From Planctomycetia bacterium (lineage in GTDB: Bacteria > Planctomycetota > Planctomycetia > Pirellulales > UBA1268), in the NCBI GenBank assembly GCA_026401035.1, contig JAPLNR010000053.1, forward strand, positions 89,451-153,450: a stretch of DNA of 64,000 nt. The letters are read 5' to 3'. This document shows positions 45,020 to 55,611 of this stretch, piece after piece. A program made the translations under genes and the position numbers. The notes under the pieces were generated by a model. The model worked only from the letters and a program-made list of their open reading frames with translations. It had not been told where the DNA came from and did not search any database. Positions within the stretch are counted from its first letter, which is position 1. Each line of letters starts with the position of its first letter.

Positions 45020-47190
45020 TTGATGAACAGCATTTCGCGGTAGGTCGGCAGCGGCCAGAGATCGTCGGGCAGGATGACCTCCATCTGATCGGCCGTTTCC
45101 CGCAGGGCGACCATCGCCGGAATCACGTCGTCGTGAAAGTGCTTCACCTCGGCCCGCAGATCGGCCGCTCCGTGGTGGCTGAGCGTCTTTTCGAGCGACT
45201 CAATCCGCCCCTCGAACTCGCCCACGAGTTTGGTGAGCTTGTCGAGCGTGCCCATGTGCACGGGCTTTCCCAACGTCTGCAGTTTCGACGCCGTGTCGAC
45301 CAGTTCGCCCTGGTAGCGGTATCCCGCCGGCAGAATCATCGTCTTGGCGATCTGCACGGCCGAGGCGGCCTCGGTGTTGATGTCCTTGCAGTACCGCTCC
45401 ATGTAGATGTCGTACCGACTCCGCATCTCCCGCTCGGAGAGCACGCCATACTTCTCGAAGAGGGCGATGTTCTTCGGCGCGACGAGCACATCGAGAGCCT
45501 CGGGGGTGGCCTTCAGATTCGGCAGGCCGCGTCTCTTGGCCTCGTCGTGCCATTCCTGCGAGTAGCCGTTGCCGTTGAAGATCACCGCCTTGTGATCGGA
45601 GACGATCTTCTGCAGCAGCTTTTCCACCGCGGCGGGGAGCTTGCCGATGTCGCCACCGGTCACCTTCTCCAGTTCGGTGGCGATGTAGTCGAGGCTTTCG
45701 GCCACGATCGTGTTGAGCGCCACGAGTGGACCGGCGATCGACTGGCTCGAACCCACCGCCCGAAACTCGAACTTGTTGCCCGTGAATGCGAACGGGCTCG
45801 TGCGGTTGCGGTCCCCGGCATGCTTCGGCAGCGAGGGCAGCGTGTCGACGCCGACGGTCAATGTGCCGCTCGACTTGGAGCTCGTCGCCTTGCCCTTCTC
45901 GATCTGCTCGAAGACGTCGGCGAGCTGATCGCCGAGGAAGATCGAGATGATGGCTGGCGGGGCCTCATTGGCACCGAGCCGGTGATCATTGCCGCTGGCC
46001 GCGACGACCGCCCGCAGCATGTCGGCGTGGAGATGCACGGCGCGGATGACCGCCGCGCAGAACACGAGAAACTGCATGTTGGCGTGCGGAGTCTCGCCCG
46101 GCTCGAGGAGGTTTCCCAGCTTGCAGCCGATCGACCAGTTGACGTGCTTGCCCGACCCATTGATGCCCGCGAAGGGCTTTTCGTGCAGCAGGCAGGCCAT
46201 GCCGTACTTCTGTGCCACCCGCGTCAGCATCTGCATGATCGACTGCTGGTGGTCGGTGGCGATGTTGGCGTTTTCGTAGAGGGGAGCGATCTCGTACTGG
46301 CTCGGCGCCACCTCGTTGTGCCGGGTTTTCACCGGCACGCCGAGCTTGAAGAGCTCCCGCTCCGCGTCGAGCATGCAGGCCAGCACCCGCTCCGGGATGC
46401 TGCCGAAATACTGGTCTTCAAACTCCTGTCCCTTGGGCGGCTTGGCACCGAACAGCGTGCGGCCCGTCATCACGAGGTCGGGGCGGGCAAAGAAGAAATT
46501 GCGATCGATCAGGAAGTATTCCTGCTCCGGCCCGCAGGAGGCCGACACCTGGCCGATATCCTTGTGGCCGAAGAGGGCGAGCACGCGGCGGGCCTGCTTG
46601 TCGATGGCCTGCATCGACCGCAGCAGCGGCGTTTTCTTGTCGAGCGCCTCGCCCGTCCACGAGCAGAAGGCCGTGGGGATGCAGAGGGTGGTGCCGTTGG
46701 GATTATCGAGGATGTAGGCGGGGCTGGTCGGATCCCAGGCGGTGTAGCCACGGGCCTCGAACGTGGCCCGCAAACCGCCCGAGGGGAAGCTCGACGCGTC
46801 GGGCTCGCCCTGGATCAGTTCCTTGCCGGAAAATTCAGCGATCGCGTCGCCGTCGCCGGTCGGCGTGAGAAAACTGTCGTGCTTTTCGGCGGTGAGGCCC
46901 GTCAGGGGATAGAAGACGTGGGCGTAGTGCGTGGCCCCCTTTTCGATCGCCCAGTCCTTCATGGCCAGCGCCACGGCGTCGGCGATGTTGGGGTCGATCG
47001 GCTTGCCCTGCTTGATCGTCGCCTGCAACGCCTTGTAGACGCTTTTCGGCAGGCGATCCTTCATCACCGAATCGCTGAAGACGTTGGCCCCGAAAATCTC
47101 GCTCGTGGGCGTCTCGCGGAAATTCCAGGCGTGGCCGTTCGACTTGTAGTTGTTGATGGCGGCAACAGCGCTGGCACGGGCGGAAGTCAT
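45016..47190 (-). CDS. glnN: glutamine synthetase, type III
   Basis: 724 aa. The N-terminus [23 protein letters not shown]... and the blocks [21 protein letters not shown] and NGSGKH.NWS are characteristic of GSIII. Confidence 0.9.
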   Translation of the reverse strand: MTSARASAVAAINNYKSNGHAWNFRETPTSEIFGANVFSDSVMKDRLPKSVYKALQATIKQGKPIDPNIADAVALAMKDWAIEKGATHYAHVFYPLTGLTAEKHDSFLTPTGDGDAIAEFSGKELIQGEPDASSFPSGGLRATFEARGYTAWDPTSPAYILDNPNGTTLCIPTAFCSWTGEALDKKTPLLRSMQAIDKQARRVLALFGHKDIGQVSASCGPEQEYFLIDRNFFFARPDLVMTGRTLFGAKPPKGQEFEDQYFGSIPERVLACMLDAERELFKLGVPVKTRHNEVAPSQYEIAPLYENANIATDHQQSIMQMLTRVAQKYGMACLLHEKPFAGINGSGKHVNWSIGCKLGNLLEPGETPHANMQFLVFCAAVIRAVHLHADMLRAVVAASGNDHRLGANEAPPAIISIFLGDQLADVFEQIEKGKATSSKSSGTLTVGVDTLPSLPKHAGDRNRTSPFAFTGNKFEFRAVGSSQSIAGPLVALNTIVAESLDYIATELEKVTGGDIGKLPAAVEKLLQKIVSDHKAVIFNGNGYSQEWHDEAKRRGLPNLKATPEALDVLVAPKNIALFEKYGVLSEREMRSRYDIYMERYCKDINTEAASAVQIAKTMILPAGYRYQGELVDTASKLQTLGKPVHMGTLDKLTKLVGEFEGRIESLEKTLSHHGAADLRAEVKHFHDDVIPAMVALRETADQMEVILPDDLWPLPTYREMLFIK

Positions 47191-47414
47191 GGCAAGGTCC
47201 TTCTTTTCAGGGCGCAGTCAGGGCGCAGGATGGGCGTGATCAAGCACAACGTCCGCCGCAGCCAGAAGGAAGATTTCATGCGGAGAACGTCGACTCATGA
47301 GAGTCTTTTGGCAGCGTAGCGGCCGGGAAGAGGCAGTTCAAGTAGCGGCCCCGGGAATCCGTCCGCGCGAATTTCTCGCGGGCTCCGGAACCCCCGATCG
47401 GCGGGAGCTTGGGG

Positions 47415-49160
47415 CTACCGGGCGGCGGTTGCCCGCGGCTGCGGCCGCGGCGTCGGCCGCGCGGTTTCGCGGCCCCGGCCGGTGGGCTGGGCGGCATTCC
47501 TGATCGCAGGCTGTGCGGTCGACCGGCGGGCGACCTCGACCGCGGCGTCGACGACAGGATCGCTGACCGCGACACCGCCGGCTGCGGCAGTCAGCGACAC
47601 GCCGTCGACCGGCTTGGCGACGGAATGCACGGCCAGGTGGGGTTCGACGCCCACGCCGCTGTAGGGATGGCCGTTGGGCGAGTAGAACTTCGCCGTCGTC
47701 AGCCGCATGCCGACGCCGGCCACCTCGAGCGGGAAGATGCCCTGGATCGAACCCTTGCCATAACTCTTCGAGCCGACGATCGTGCCGCGGGCGTGGTCGC
47801 GGATGGCACCCGCGAAGATCTCGCTCGAACTCGCCGAGTCGCCGTCGATGACGACGACCAGCGGCATCCGCCAGGTGCCGGGACGAGTGGCCGTGTAGTT
47901 GAAGTCTTCCTCCGGGCTCCGGCCCCGGGTCGCTACCACGAGACCCCGCTCGAGGAAGAGATCGGCCACGTCGACGGCCGCGGACAGCAGACCGCCGGGA
48001 TTGCCCCGCAGGTCGATGATCAGCGACCTCATGCCGGCCGCATCGAGCCGCCGCAGGGCCGCTTCGAGGTCGGCGGCGGTCGTCTTCTGAAAGGTCGAGA
48101 TCTTGAGGTGCGCGACGCCCGCGGCGGGATCGACCATCCGCACGTCCTCGATGCTCGGCACCTCGACATGCTCGCGACGAACCGACACGGCCCGGGCCGG
48201 GGAAGGCGCCCGCAGCACCGCGAGCGTGGCAACCGATCCGGCCGGGCCCTGGAGCAGTTGTGAGGCCTGATCCACGGTCATCCCGCCGATCGATCGGCCG
48301 CCCACACCCACCAAGTGATCGCCCGCCCGGATGCCGGCCCGTTCCGCCGGGCTTCCTGGAATCACGTGCACCACGAGCAGGCCGTCGCTGGCCGCCTTGA
48401 GTTCCACGCCGAGACCGACGAAGTTGCCCTCGATCTGGGCGTACAGATCGTCGAGCTGGCCGGTGGTGAGAAACGCCGAGTATTCATCGAGTCCACCCAT
48501 GGCCGCCGCGGTCATCTCCATCAGCGCGACGGCGGGAGCGATGCCGAGCGACGAATGGGCGATGCGGCCGATCCAGGCGGCGAGCGCCTCGGCGTCGGCC
48601 TGCGTGGCAACCGTGCGGCCGCCGAGAAGCTGCGTGACCTGCTCGCGGTAGAGCATCCGCCGCTCGGGAGTGGCGTGGGGGGCGTGGATCGAGACGAAAA
48701 GCGGGTCGTCGATGGCGATATCCATCGCCAGACTGCCCCGCGAAACGAGCCGCGCAAAATCGGGCGCCTCGACGTGGTGGGAGGCGATCCGGGCGAGCAC
48801 CTCGGAGTAGACCCGCCGGGCATCGGCTTCCGTGAGCTTCGTCAGTTGGGTGCGGAAGGCGTTTTCGGTGTGCCGCTTCGCCAGATCGCAGTGAATCTTG
48901 GCCAGGTCATACCGCTGCTGGAGTTCCGGGGCGAGCGTCCCTTTGCGGGCCGCCATCTCACAAACGCTGACCACGTCGGCCCAGCGCCGTTCCCCTGCCA
49001 AAAGCGTGGTCTTGGAGGCGAGATCTTCGTGGGCCTGCCCAAACGCCACCCCTGCGGCGGACAGCAGCCAGATCGCGAGCAGCTGAAACTGCAGGGAACG
49101 GCCGCCAAAAAGACGGCCGATCGAGGATGAGGCAAGCGTCGAGGGCTGGACGACGTTCAC
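47415..49160 (-). CDS. S41-family C-terminal processing peptidase (PDZ + peptidase)
   Basis: ORF 47415..50018 trimmed to GTG 49160, because the upstream part is antisense to the sigma gene. It has a PDZ domain (VIPGSPAERAGIRAGDHLVGV), IDLRGNPGGLL and GDSASSSEIFAGA..D..RG.IVG..SYGKG. Confidence 0.82.
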   Translation of the reverse strand: MNVVQPSTLASSSIGRLFGGRSLQFQLLAIWLLSAAGVAFGQAHEDLASKTTLLAGERRWADVVSVCEMAARKGTLAPELQQRYDLAKIHCDLAKRHTENAFRTQLTKLTEADARRVYSEVLARIASHHVEAPDFARLVSRGSLAMDIAIDDPLFVSIHAPHATPERRMLYREQVTQLLGGRTVATQADAEALAAWIGRIAHSSLGIAPAVALMEMTAAAMGGLDEYSAFLTTGQLDDLYAQIEGNFVGLGVELKAASDGLLVVHVIPGSPAERAGIRAGDHLVGVGGRSIGGMTVDQASQLLQGPAGSVATLAVLRAPSPARAVSVRREHVEVPSIEDVRMVDPAAGVAHLKISTFQKTTAADLEAALRRLDAAGMRSLIIDLRGNPGGLLSAAVDVADLFLERGLVVATRGRSPEEDFNYTATRPGTWRMPLVVVIDGDSASSSEIFAGAIRDHARGTIVGSKSYGKGSIQGIFPLEVAGVGMRLTTAKFYSPNGHPYSGVGVEPHLAVHSVAKPVDGVSLTAAAGGVAVSDPVVDAAVEVARRSTAQPAIRNAAQPTGRGRETARPTPRPQPRATAAR

Positions 49161-49346
49161 GAGTGCAATCCGTTCGCGGGAGCCGCATCCTGTCGCGGCA
49201 GGCAGCGGTCTCTCCGTTGACCGCCTGCGATTATGGATCACATTTCGGGGCTGGTCAAAAAACCGGTGTGGCGGGAAAAGAACCGGCCGGCATTGTGAGA
49301 AGAGACACATTGGTAGGATGGATGCCACAGAGGCGGCAGTCTTTCC

Positions 49347-50015
49347 ATGACCAGCACAACCGATCCAACCAGCCAGTCCGGCACCCCAGCGCCAGCCGAC
49401 CCACAGCACACGCAAGTGCTGCTCGATCGCGTGCGGCAGGGGGACGGGGCCGCGGTCAACGGGCTGCTTGAACGGCATCGCGAGGCCATTCGGCGGATGA
49501 TCGACCGCCGCATGGATCGGGCGGTGCAGCGGCGGGTCGACGCCAGCGACATCGTGCAGGATGTGATGATCGAGGCCAACCGGCGGTTGGGTGATTACCT
49601 CGCCAACCCGACGATGCCCTTCCAGCTCTGGCTGCGACACATGGCACGGGACCGGTTGATTGATGCCCATCGGCGGCATCGCGTCGCCTCGACCCGCAGC
49701 GTCGACCGCGAGGTGGCCTTGCCGACGGCCGACGGCTCCGGTGATTCCCGGCCCGACGTGCTCGGGCAGTTTGCCGATCGCGAACTCACCCCCGCGGCCG
49801 CCGCCACCTGGCACGAGCTCGAGCGGCGGTTTGCCGCAGCGGTCGAACAGCTCGAGGACGCCGACCGCCAGATCGTGCTCCTCCGGCATTTCGAGCATCT
49901 TTCGACCGCTGAGGCCGCCGACGCCCTCGGGCTTTCGAAGGCCGCCGCGGGGATGCGCTACCTGCGGGCCATGCGGCGGCTCCGCGTCCTGCTCGACGGC
50001 GGGGATGGCGCCTAG
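49347..50015 (+). CDS. ECF-type RNA polymerase sigma factor
   Basis: Region 2 is [17 protein letters not shown]...[19 protein letters not shown]. Region 4 is the [32 protein letters not shown]. Confidence 0.85.
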   Translation: MTSTTDPTSQSGTPAPADPQHTQVLLDRVRQGDGAAVNGLLERHREAIRRMIDRRMDRAVQRRVDASDIVQDVMIEANRRLGDYLANPTMPFQLWLRHMARDRLIDAHRRHRVASTRSVDREVALPTADGSGDSRPDVLGQFADRELTPAAAATWHELERRFAAAVEQLEDADRQIVLLRHFEHLSTAEAADALGLSKAAAGMRYLRAMRRLRVLLDGGDGA

Positions 50016-50061
50016 CATTCCCCAGATTCCTCACAGCATCCGCAGCCGGTCAACGTGCTCC

Positions 50062-51825
50062 ATGGTTCCTCCCGCCAACAGTCCCGCGATCACGCCATCT
50101 TTTGGCCGGGTCCGCGCCGTCGACGTGCCGCTGGCAGCGGAGCAGGAGGAGCGGCTCGCCACGCTGCTTGACGAGCTCTCCGAGACGGAGCATGCGTTGG
50201 CTCATGGGCGGCTCGAGCAGCTGTCCGCGCTGCACCCCGACCTCGCGAGCCAGCTCCGCGAGCTCTTCGCCGCCATGCTCGTGACCGACGCGGTGGCACT
50301 GGAGTCGACGATCCTGTATTCCGGCACGTCGACCCGCAGCCCCGAGCCGCCGACCTTGGTGCACGGCGTTCCCGCGAGCGAACTGCCGCAGTTCGTGCCC
50401 GGCGTGACCGCTTTGCCGGCGACGCTCGGAGATTACGAGCTGCTCGAGGAGATCGGCCGCGGAGGCATGGGAGTTGTCTACCGGGCCACCCAGAAGAGCC
50501 TCGGTCGGACGGTGGCGCTCAAGATGCTCCTCCGCCGCGATCTGGCCAGCGGCGCGGATCTCGCCCGGTTTCGCAGCGAGGCGGCGGCGGCCGCGCATCT
50601 CGATCACCCGGGGATCGTTTCGATCTTCGAGGTCGGCGAAAGCGACGGGCATCCCTTCTACAGCATGCGGTTCATCGAGGGGACGACGCTCGCCAAGCAG
50701 TTGGCGCTGGGAACGATCTCACCGCGGGACGGGGCCGCGCTGTTGGCCAGAGTGGCCGATGCCGTGCAGGCGGCGCACGACCGCGGCGTGCTCCACCGCG
50801 ATCTCAAGCCGTCGAACATCCTGATCGACGCCGCGGGCCGGCCGCATGTCACCGACTTCGGCCTTGCCAAGCGGCTTGAGGCCGATCAATCCGTGACGCA
50901 CACCGGCGCCATCCTCGGCACGCCCTGCTACATGTCGCCCGAACAGGCCGCCGGCAGCCGCGGCGACGTCGGGCCGACGAGCGATGTCTGGAGTCTGGGG
51001 GCGATCCTCTACCAGATGCTCACGGGCCGGCCGCCCTTTCAGGCCGCGAGCCCGATGGACACGCTCCTGGCGGTGCTCGAAAACGATCCCCCCGCCCCCC
51101 GCACCGTGGTGGCGGGCGTGAACCGCGACCTCGAGATGATCGCGCTGAAGAGCCTGCAGAAGCCGCAGGAGCTGCGGTATGCCTCGGCCGGCGCCCTGGC
51201 CGCCGACCTGCGGGCCTTTCTGGCCGGCGAGACGATCGCCGCCCGCCGCGGCGGGCTCGCCGACATCGCCGCCCGGCTCTTCCGCGAAACGCACCATGCG
51301 GTCGTGCTCGAAAACTGGGGCCTGCTCTGGATGTGGCACTCCGTCGTGCTGCTCGGCCTCTGCGTGACGACCGACGTGCTCGCCTGGCAGGGCGTCACGA
51401 CCCGCTGGCCGTATCTGGTGCTCTGGGCCGGAGGGCTCGCGCTCTGGGCGCCGATCTTCTGGGCGCTGCGGCATCGCACCGGCCCGGTGACGGCCGTCGA
51501 GCGACAGATCGCCCACGTCTGGGGCGGCAGCGTGATCGCGAGCATCATGCTCTTCTGGGTCGAGGCGCTCCTCGACCTGCCCGTGCTCACGCTCTCGCCG
51601 GTGCTCGCGCTCCTGGCCGGGCTCGTCTTCTTCGCAAAGGCGGGGATCCTCTCCGGTGCGTTCTACATTCAGGCGGCGGTGCTCTTCGCGACGGCGCTGG
51701 TGATGTGCCTGGTGCGCACCGAGTCGCAGCAGGACATCTCGCACGTGATCTTCGGCCTCGTCAGCGCCGCCTGCTTCTTCGTGCCGGGCCTCAAGTATTT
51801 CCGGCAGCGCGGCCGATCTGCCTGA
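50062..51825 (+). CDS. Ser/Thr protein kinase with a C-terminal multi-pass membrane domain
   Basis: ORF 49660..51825 trimmed to ATG 50062. ATG 50005, which overlaps the sigma gene, is also possible. Kinase blocks are [31 protein letters not shown] and SPEQ. The C-terminal ~220 aa hold about 6 hydrophobic helices. Confidence 0.85.
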   Translation: MVPPANSPAITPSFGRVRAVDVPLAAEQEERLATLLDELSETEHALAHGRLEQLSALHPDLASQLRELFAAMLVTDAVALESTILYSGTSTRSPEPPTLVHGVPASELPQFVPGVTALPATLGDYELLEEIGRGGMGVVYRATQKSLGRTVALKMLLRRDLASGADLARFRSEAAAAAHLDHPGIVSIFEVGESDGHPFYSMRFIEGTTLAKQLALGTISPRDGAALLARVADAVQAAHDRGVLHRDLKPSNILIDAAGRPHVTDFGLAKRLEADQSVTHTGAILGTPCYMSPEQAAGSRGDVGPTSDVWSLGAILYQMLTGRPPFQAASPMDTLLAVLENDPPAPRTVVAGVNRDLEMIALKSLQKPQELRYASAGALAADLRAFLAGETIAARRGGLADIAARLFRETHHAVVLENWGLLWMWHSVVLLGLCVTTDVLAWQGVTTRWPYLVLWAGGLALWAPIFWALRHRTGPVTAVERQIAHVWGGSVIASIMLFWVEALLDLPVLTLSPVLALLAGLVFFAKAGILSGAFYIQAAVLFATALVMCLVRTESQQDISHVIFGLVSAACFFVPGLKYFRQRGRSA

Positions 51826-51935
51826 TCGCGGTTGCGAACCGTCACGGCGCTGGCGAAAAGGGAGGGGACTGGCTCGTGTTCCGCAGGAACAGGTGCCTGT
51901 GCCAATCCTGTTCGGCACGGCGATTGCACCCCGAG

Positions 51936-51956
51936 TAGGACAGGCTTCAGCCTGTC
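51936..51956 (+). repeat. REP-like hairpin TAGGACAGGCTTCAGCCTGTC
   Basis: Third identical plus-strand copy, 110 nt after the kinase stop. Confidence 0.85.
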
Positions 51957-51989
51957 ATCCCCTGTCCTGCCCTCGCCTGTTCCGCCGTG

Positions 51990-52112
51990 CCGCATTGGTC
52001 GCCGGCGGCAGAAGTCTCCTTCGCGCTGCATTTTCTCCGTTGACGACCTACGGAGCTGCCGACCCCAGAAGGTCGAAAATGCAGACGCTCGTCGAGCTTC
52101 AGCCGACCGACT
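51990..52112 (-). repeat. ~125-nt imperfect-palindrome intergenic element, copy E (inverted orientation)
   Basis: The reverse complement reads GGTCGGCTGAAGCTCGACGAGC...CTGCATTTTC...GAAAATGCAG...GGAGACTTCTGCCGCCGGCGACCAATGCGG. The inner stem is a perfect 10 bp. Confidence 0.8.
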
Positions 52113-52145
52113 CCTCACAGGTGACTTCAAGCAAATCCGCGGCGA

Positions 52146-53699
52146 TCAGCCGATGAAGAGCGTCGCGAGCCAGTAGAGGCCGCCGGAGAGGGCCATCGCC
52201 ACCGGCAGCGTGAGGATCCAGGCCAGGGCGATCTCGCGGACAGTTTCCGGCTGGATGCCCGAATTGTTGGCCCACATCGTGCCGGCCACGCCGCTGGAGA
52301 GCACGTGCGTGGTGCTCACCGGCATGCCGAGCGAGTCGGCCAGGCCGATCGTCGTGGCGGCGACCAATTCGGCCGCGCCCCCCTGGGCATAGGTGAGGTG
52401 TGTCTTGCCGATCTTCTCCCCCACTGTTTTCACGATCCGTTCCCAGCCAAACATCGTGCCGAGTCCGAGGCAGACCGCCACGCCCATCACGACCCATTCC
52501 GGCACGTATTCCACCGGCTTGGCCAATTGGCCGGCGAGGCTCTTGAGCACCTTGCGGCGGTCCTCGGCCAGCGAATCGCCGAACTGCCGCAGCAGCGTGC
52601 GGACCGAGGCCCCGAGCTCCACCAGTTGCGTCCGCAGTTTCCAGCGGTCGTCGGCCTGCAGGTCATCGAAACTCGTCCGGCCGTCGAGGCTCGCGAGCAC
52701 GTCCTGCACCAAGGGCAGAGGATCGAGCGTGGCGAGGACGACGTCGTTGCCGGGATACGGGTCGACGATGTTCTCGATCATTTCCGACTCGAGCACGGCC
52801 GCAGCGGCCACGCTGCTGCTCCGCGAGATCTGCTCCACCCGCGACTCGGCCCGGTGACGGTCGCGAAGCGCGTTCATCATCAGCGCCAGCTGCGGCTCGG
52901 AGAGCTCCGCCTCCAGCTTCCGGGCCGCCGCGACCGTGGCAGTGATCTCCGCCGATGACGTGTTCATGTTGAGCGCGTAGGTCGCCGGCACGATGCCGAT
53001 GAGCACGAGCATGATCAGCCCCATTCCCTTCTGGCCGTCGTTGGAGCCGTGCGCGAAGCTCACGCCGGTGCAGGTGCCGATGAGCAGGGCCCGGATCCAT
53101 AACGGGGGCGGCGCGTCGCCATGCGGCGGCTCATAGAGTTCCTTCGCCGGGATCAGTCTGCGCGACAGGAGCAGCAGGCCCGCCGCCAGGCCGAAGCCGA
53201 CGAGCGGCGAGAGAACCAGCGCCATGCCGACCTCGCTCGCCTTGTGCCAGTTGATTCCCTTGAAGACGGAGCCGTGCTCGAGCCAGGCATTCATCATGCC
53301 CACGCCCATGATCGAGCCGATCAGCGAATGCGAACTCGAGGCCGGCAGGCCGCGGTACCAGGTGGCGAAATTCCAGATGATCGCTGCGCCCAGGAGCGAC
53401 AGCACCATCGCCAGCCCACGCCCCGTCTTGATGTTGATGAGCAGATCGACCGGCAGCAGGTGCACGATGCTGAAGGCGACGCCGATGCCGCCGGCATGCA
53501 CGCCGATGAAGTTCCAGAGGCCGGACCAGATCACGGCCGGCGTCGGCTTCAGCGACTTCGTGTAGATGACGGTGGCCACCGCATTGGCCGTGTCGTGAAA
53601 GCCGTTGATCACCTCGAAGCCGAAGGCGATCACCAGCGCCACCAAAAGCAGGATCATCTGCCCGCCGCCGAGGCCGCCCAACGCATCGAAAAGTTCCAT
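52146..53699 (-). CDS. inorganic phosphate transporter, PiT family
   Basis: N-terminal FEVINGFHDTANAVAT and C-terminal PVSTTHV..S.V.G repeats of the PHO4 fold flank a long cytoplasmic loop. Confidence 0.9.
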   Translation of the reverse strand: MELFDALGGLGGGQMILLLVALVIAFGFEVINGFHDTANAVATVIYTKSLKPTPAVIWSGLWNFIGVHAGGIGVAFSIVHLLPVDLLINIKTGRGLAMVLSLLGAAIIWNFATWYRGLPASSSHSLIGSIMGVGMMNAWLEHGSVFKGINWHKASEVGMALVLSPLVGFGLAAGLLLLSRRLIPAKELYEPPHGDAPPPLWIRALLIGTCTGVSFAHGSNDGQKGMGLIMLVLIGIVPATYALNMNTSSAEITATVAAARKLEAELSEPQLALMMNALRDRHRAESRVEQISRSSSVAAAAVLESEMIENIVDPYPGNDVVLATLDPLPLVQDVLASLDGRTSFDDLQADDRWKLRTQLVELGASVRTLLRQFGDSLAEDRRKVLKSLAGQLAKPVEYVPEWVVMGVAVCLGLGTMFGWERIVKTVGEKIGKTHLTYAQGGAAELVAATTIGLADSLGMPVSTTHVLSSGVAGTMWANNSGIQPETVREIALAWILTLPVAMALSGGLYWLATLFIG

Positions 53700-53956
53700 G
53701 CTCCGCCACTCCCTGCGGCCGCCATCGGCCCGATCGAAAGCCTCGAGCCGTCGCTGAACTGACGGTGGCTGAACTTAGGTGGCGCCCGTGCCCCACACAA
53801 GCGGCCGGCGGTTGCACATCGAATTCTCACAGTGCGAGGATTCGTCGCACGATTCGGAGAGCCCGGCCCAAACATTTAGCCGTTGCTCGGCCGCAGGCGA
53901 ACACGGCCGGCGGCTGGGACGTATAACAAGTTCCCCGAAGAGGTACGACAACCCCG

Positions 53957-54715
53957 ATGGCCAAAGGCAACCGACTCCGGGTCGAACGGCGGTTTGCCGG
54001 CTCGACCGTCACCTACATGCACCACGGCATCGACGTCGGTGACGGCACCGTCGTACATGCCCGGCCCGCGAATTTTTCGCGGCCGCTCGCCGGCGGCAGC
54101 GTGGTGCGGACGAGCCTGGCCGAATTCGCGGGCGGCAGCCCGGTGCTCGTCACCACGGAGCCACAGGCGGCTTTTCCGCCTGAAGAGATCGTCGATCGGG
54201 CCCTCTCCCACGTCGGCCGCGACGGCTACTGCCCCATGGTCGACAACTGCGAGCACTTCGTGACCTGGTGCGCGACCGGCGCGCGGGCGAGCCGCCAGGT
54301 GGAGATCGTGATCGGGCGGATCGGCAGTGCCGCGAAGCGGGTGGCGGCCGCCGTGTCGGCGCGGGTGGCGGCCGGGGCTGCCGAACGGCTGGTCGTGCGG
54401 ACGGCCGTTGGCACGTCGATCCGCGTGGGGCTCAAGACGCTCGTGCCGGCGGCGATCGTCGCCGAAGGGGCAGCGCTGGCCGCGGAATGGACGGCACATC
54501 AGGCCGGGAGGTCAGCCGCGGAGAGCCGCATGGCGGGCGAGTCGGCGGGGCTCGCCACGAGCGCTGCAACGCTCGCGCTGGCGGGCATCCCGGGCGGACC
54601 GGCCGGCATGGTGGGCGGTGCGCTCGCCGGCGCCGCGATCTGGGCTGGCGGCTCGCTGGCGTTTCATGTTTGGAATCACTCCGCCGGCCGGAGTTCCGCG
54701 TCCGGCACGCGGTAG
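53957..54715 (+). CDS. LRAT/H-rev107-type (NlpC/P60 superfamily) domain protein with a Gly/Ala-rich hydrophobic C-terminal half
   Basis: YMHHGIDVGDGTVVHA (His box) and MVDNCEHFVTWCATG (NCEHF catalytic Cys box). The C-terminal 120 aa read AAIVAEGAALAAEW...ATLALAGIPGGPAGMVGGALAGAAIWAGGSLAF. Confidence 0.7.
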   Translation: MAKGNRLRVERRFAGSTVTYMHHGIDVGDGTVVHARPANFSRPLAGGSVVRTSLAEFAGGSPVLVTTEPQAAFPPEEIVDRALSHVGRDGYCPMVDNCEHFVTWCATGARASRQVEIVIGRIGSAAKRVAAAVSARVAAGAAERLVVRTAVGTSIRVGLKTLVPAAIVAEGAALAAEWTAHQAGRSAAESRMAGESAGLATSAATLALAGIPGGPAGMVGGALAGAAIWAGGSLAFHVWNHSAGRSSASGTR

Positions 54716-55563
54716 TGCAGGCAGACCCAGTCGGCGGCCTGTGAGCGCTCCGGCCGCCCGAGCCGCGGGTCAAGCACGTCGCGGACACGTTGCTCGCGAT
54801 CGGCCAGGATGCCGCCCAGGATCAGGTGGTCGCCGGTTCTCGCGATCAGGGCGTCGGCGAGGTCGACGATCGTGTCGGCGAACAGGTTTGCGAGCACGAT
54901 GGTCCAGCGGCCCGGCACGGCATCGAGGGGCGTGGTGTCGAACGACACGTTCAAGCCATTGCGGACGGCTTGAGAACGGGCATCTTCGACCGCGACTGGG
55001 TCGTGGTCGATGCCGTAGGCGTCGGCGCCGAGATGGGCCGCCGCCAGCGCGAGGATTCCGGAGCCACAGCCGACATCGAGCACCCGCTCGCGGGGCGTCG
55101 CGCCGAGGAGGGAGACGAGCCGCTCGAGAACCAGACGCGTGGTCGCATGTTGGCCCGTTCCAAAACCCTGCCCGGGCTCGATGATCAGTGCTCCCGGCTC
55201 CGTTTCCCAGGGCGGCGTGACAGCGAGTCGGCCGAAGCGGAGAACGGGAAAGTGGATTCGCCACGCCGTGGACCAGTCCTCGTCGGGGACCGCCTCCCAG
55301 CGGGCGGCAGCGGCACGCGGCAGACACGCCTCGGCTGCCGCGCGGACGGCCTCGTTCGGCGCCTCGAACCAGGCCCGCAGGCGAACGGTGCGGGCGGGCG
55401 GTGCAGGTGGGCCGATGTCCCACGTCTGACGCGGCGTCGGCTCGATGCCAGCGTCGCCCTCCTCGGCAACCCCGGCGGCGCCGAGGTTGAATATCGCCGA
55501 GGAGACGCCGGAGAAGCGTCGCCGGGCCAGACCATCGACGACGAGAGATACCCAGTGAGCCAT
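54676..55563 (-). CDS. prmA: ribosomal protein L11 methyltransferase
   Basis: IEPGQGFGTGQHATT, VLDVGCGSGILALAAA.LGA, GIDHDP.AV and ANLFAD blocks. Its 3' end overlaps the convergent gene at 53957..54715 by 40 nt. Confidence 0.85.
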   Translation of the reverse strand: MAHWVSLVVDGLARRRFSGVSSAIFNLGAAGVAEEGDAGIEPTPRQTWDIGPPAPPARTVRLRAWFEAPNEAVRAAAEACLPRAAAARWEAVPDEDWSTAWRIHFPVLRFGRLAVTPPWETEPGALIIEPGQGFGTGQHATTRLVLERLVSLLGATPRERVLDVGCGSGILALAAAHLGADAYGIDHDPVAVEDARSQAVRNGLNVSFDTTPLDAVPGRWTIVLANLFADTIVDLADALIARTGDHLILGGILADREQRVRDVLDPRLGRPERSQAADWVCLHYRVPDAELRPAE

Positions 55564-55611
55564 CGGCAGGTTCTCAATCCTTCGTGGGAAAAGTGGCTTT
55601 CATTTTTCCCG

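Noticed and set aside
47191-47414. A glutamine (glnA-type) riboswitch or other leader upstream of glnN.
   Set aside because: I could not find the conserved glnA-motif core or a convincing pseudoknot. Only a short direct repeat GCGCCCTGA x2 lies near the start codon.
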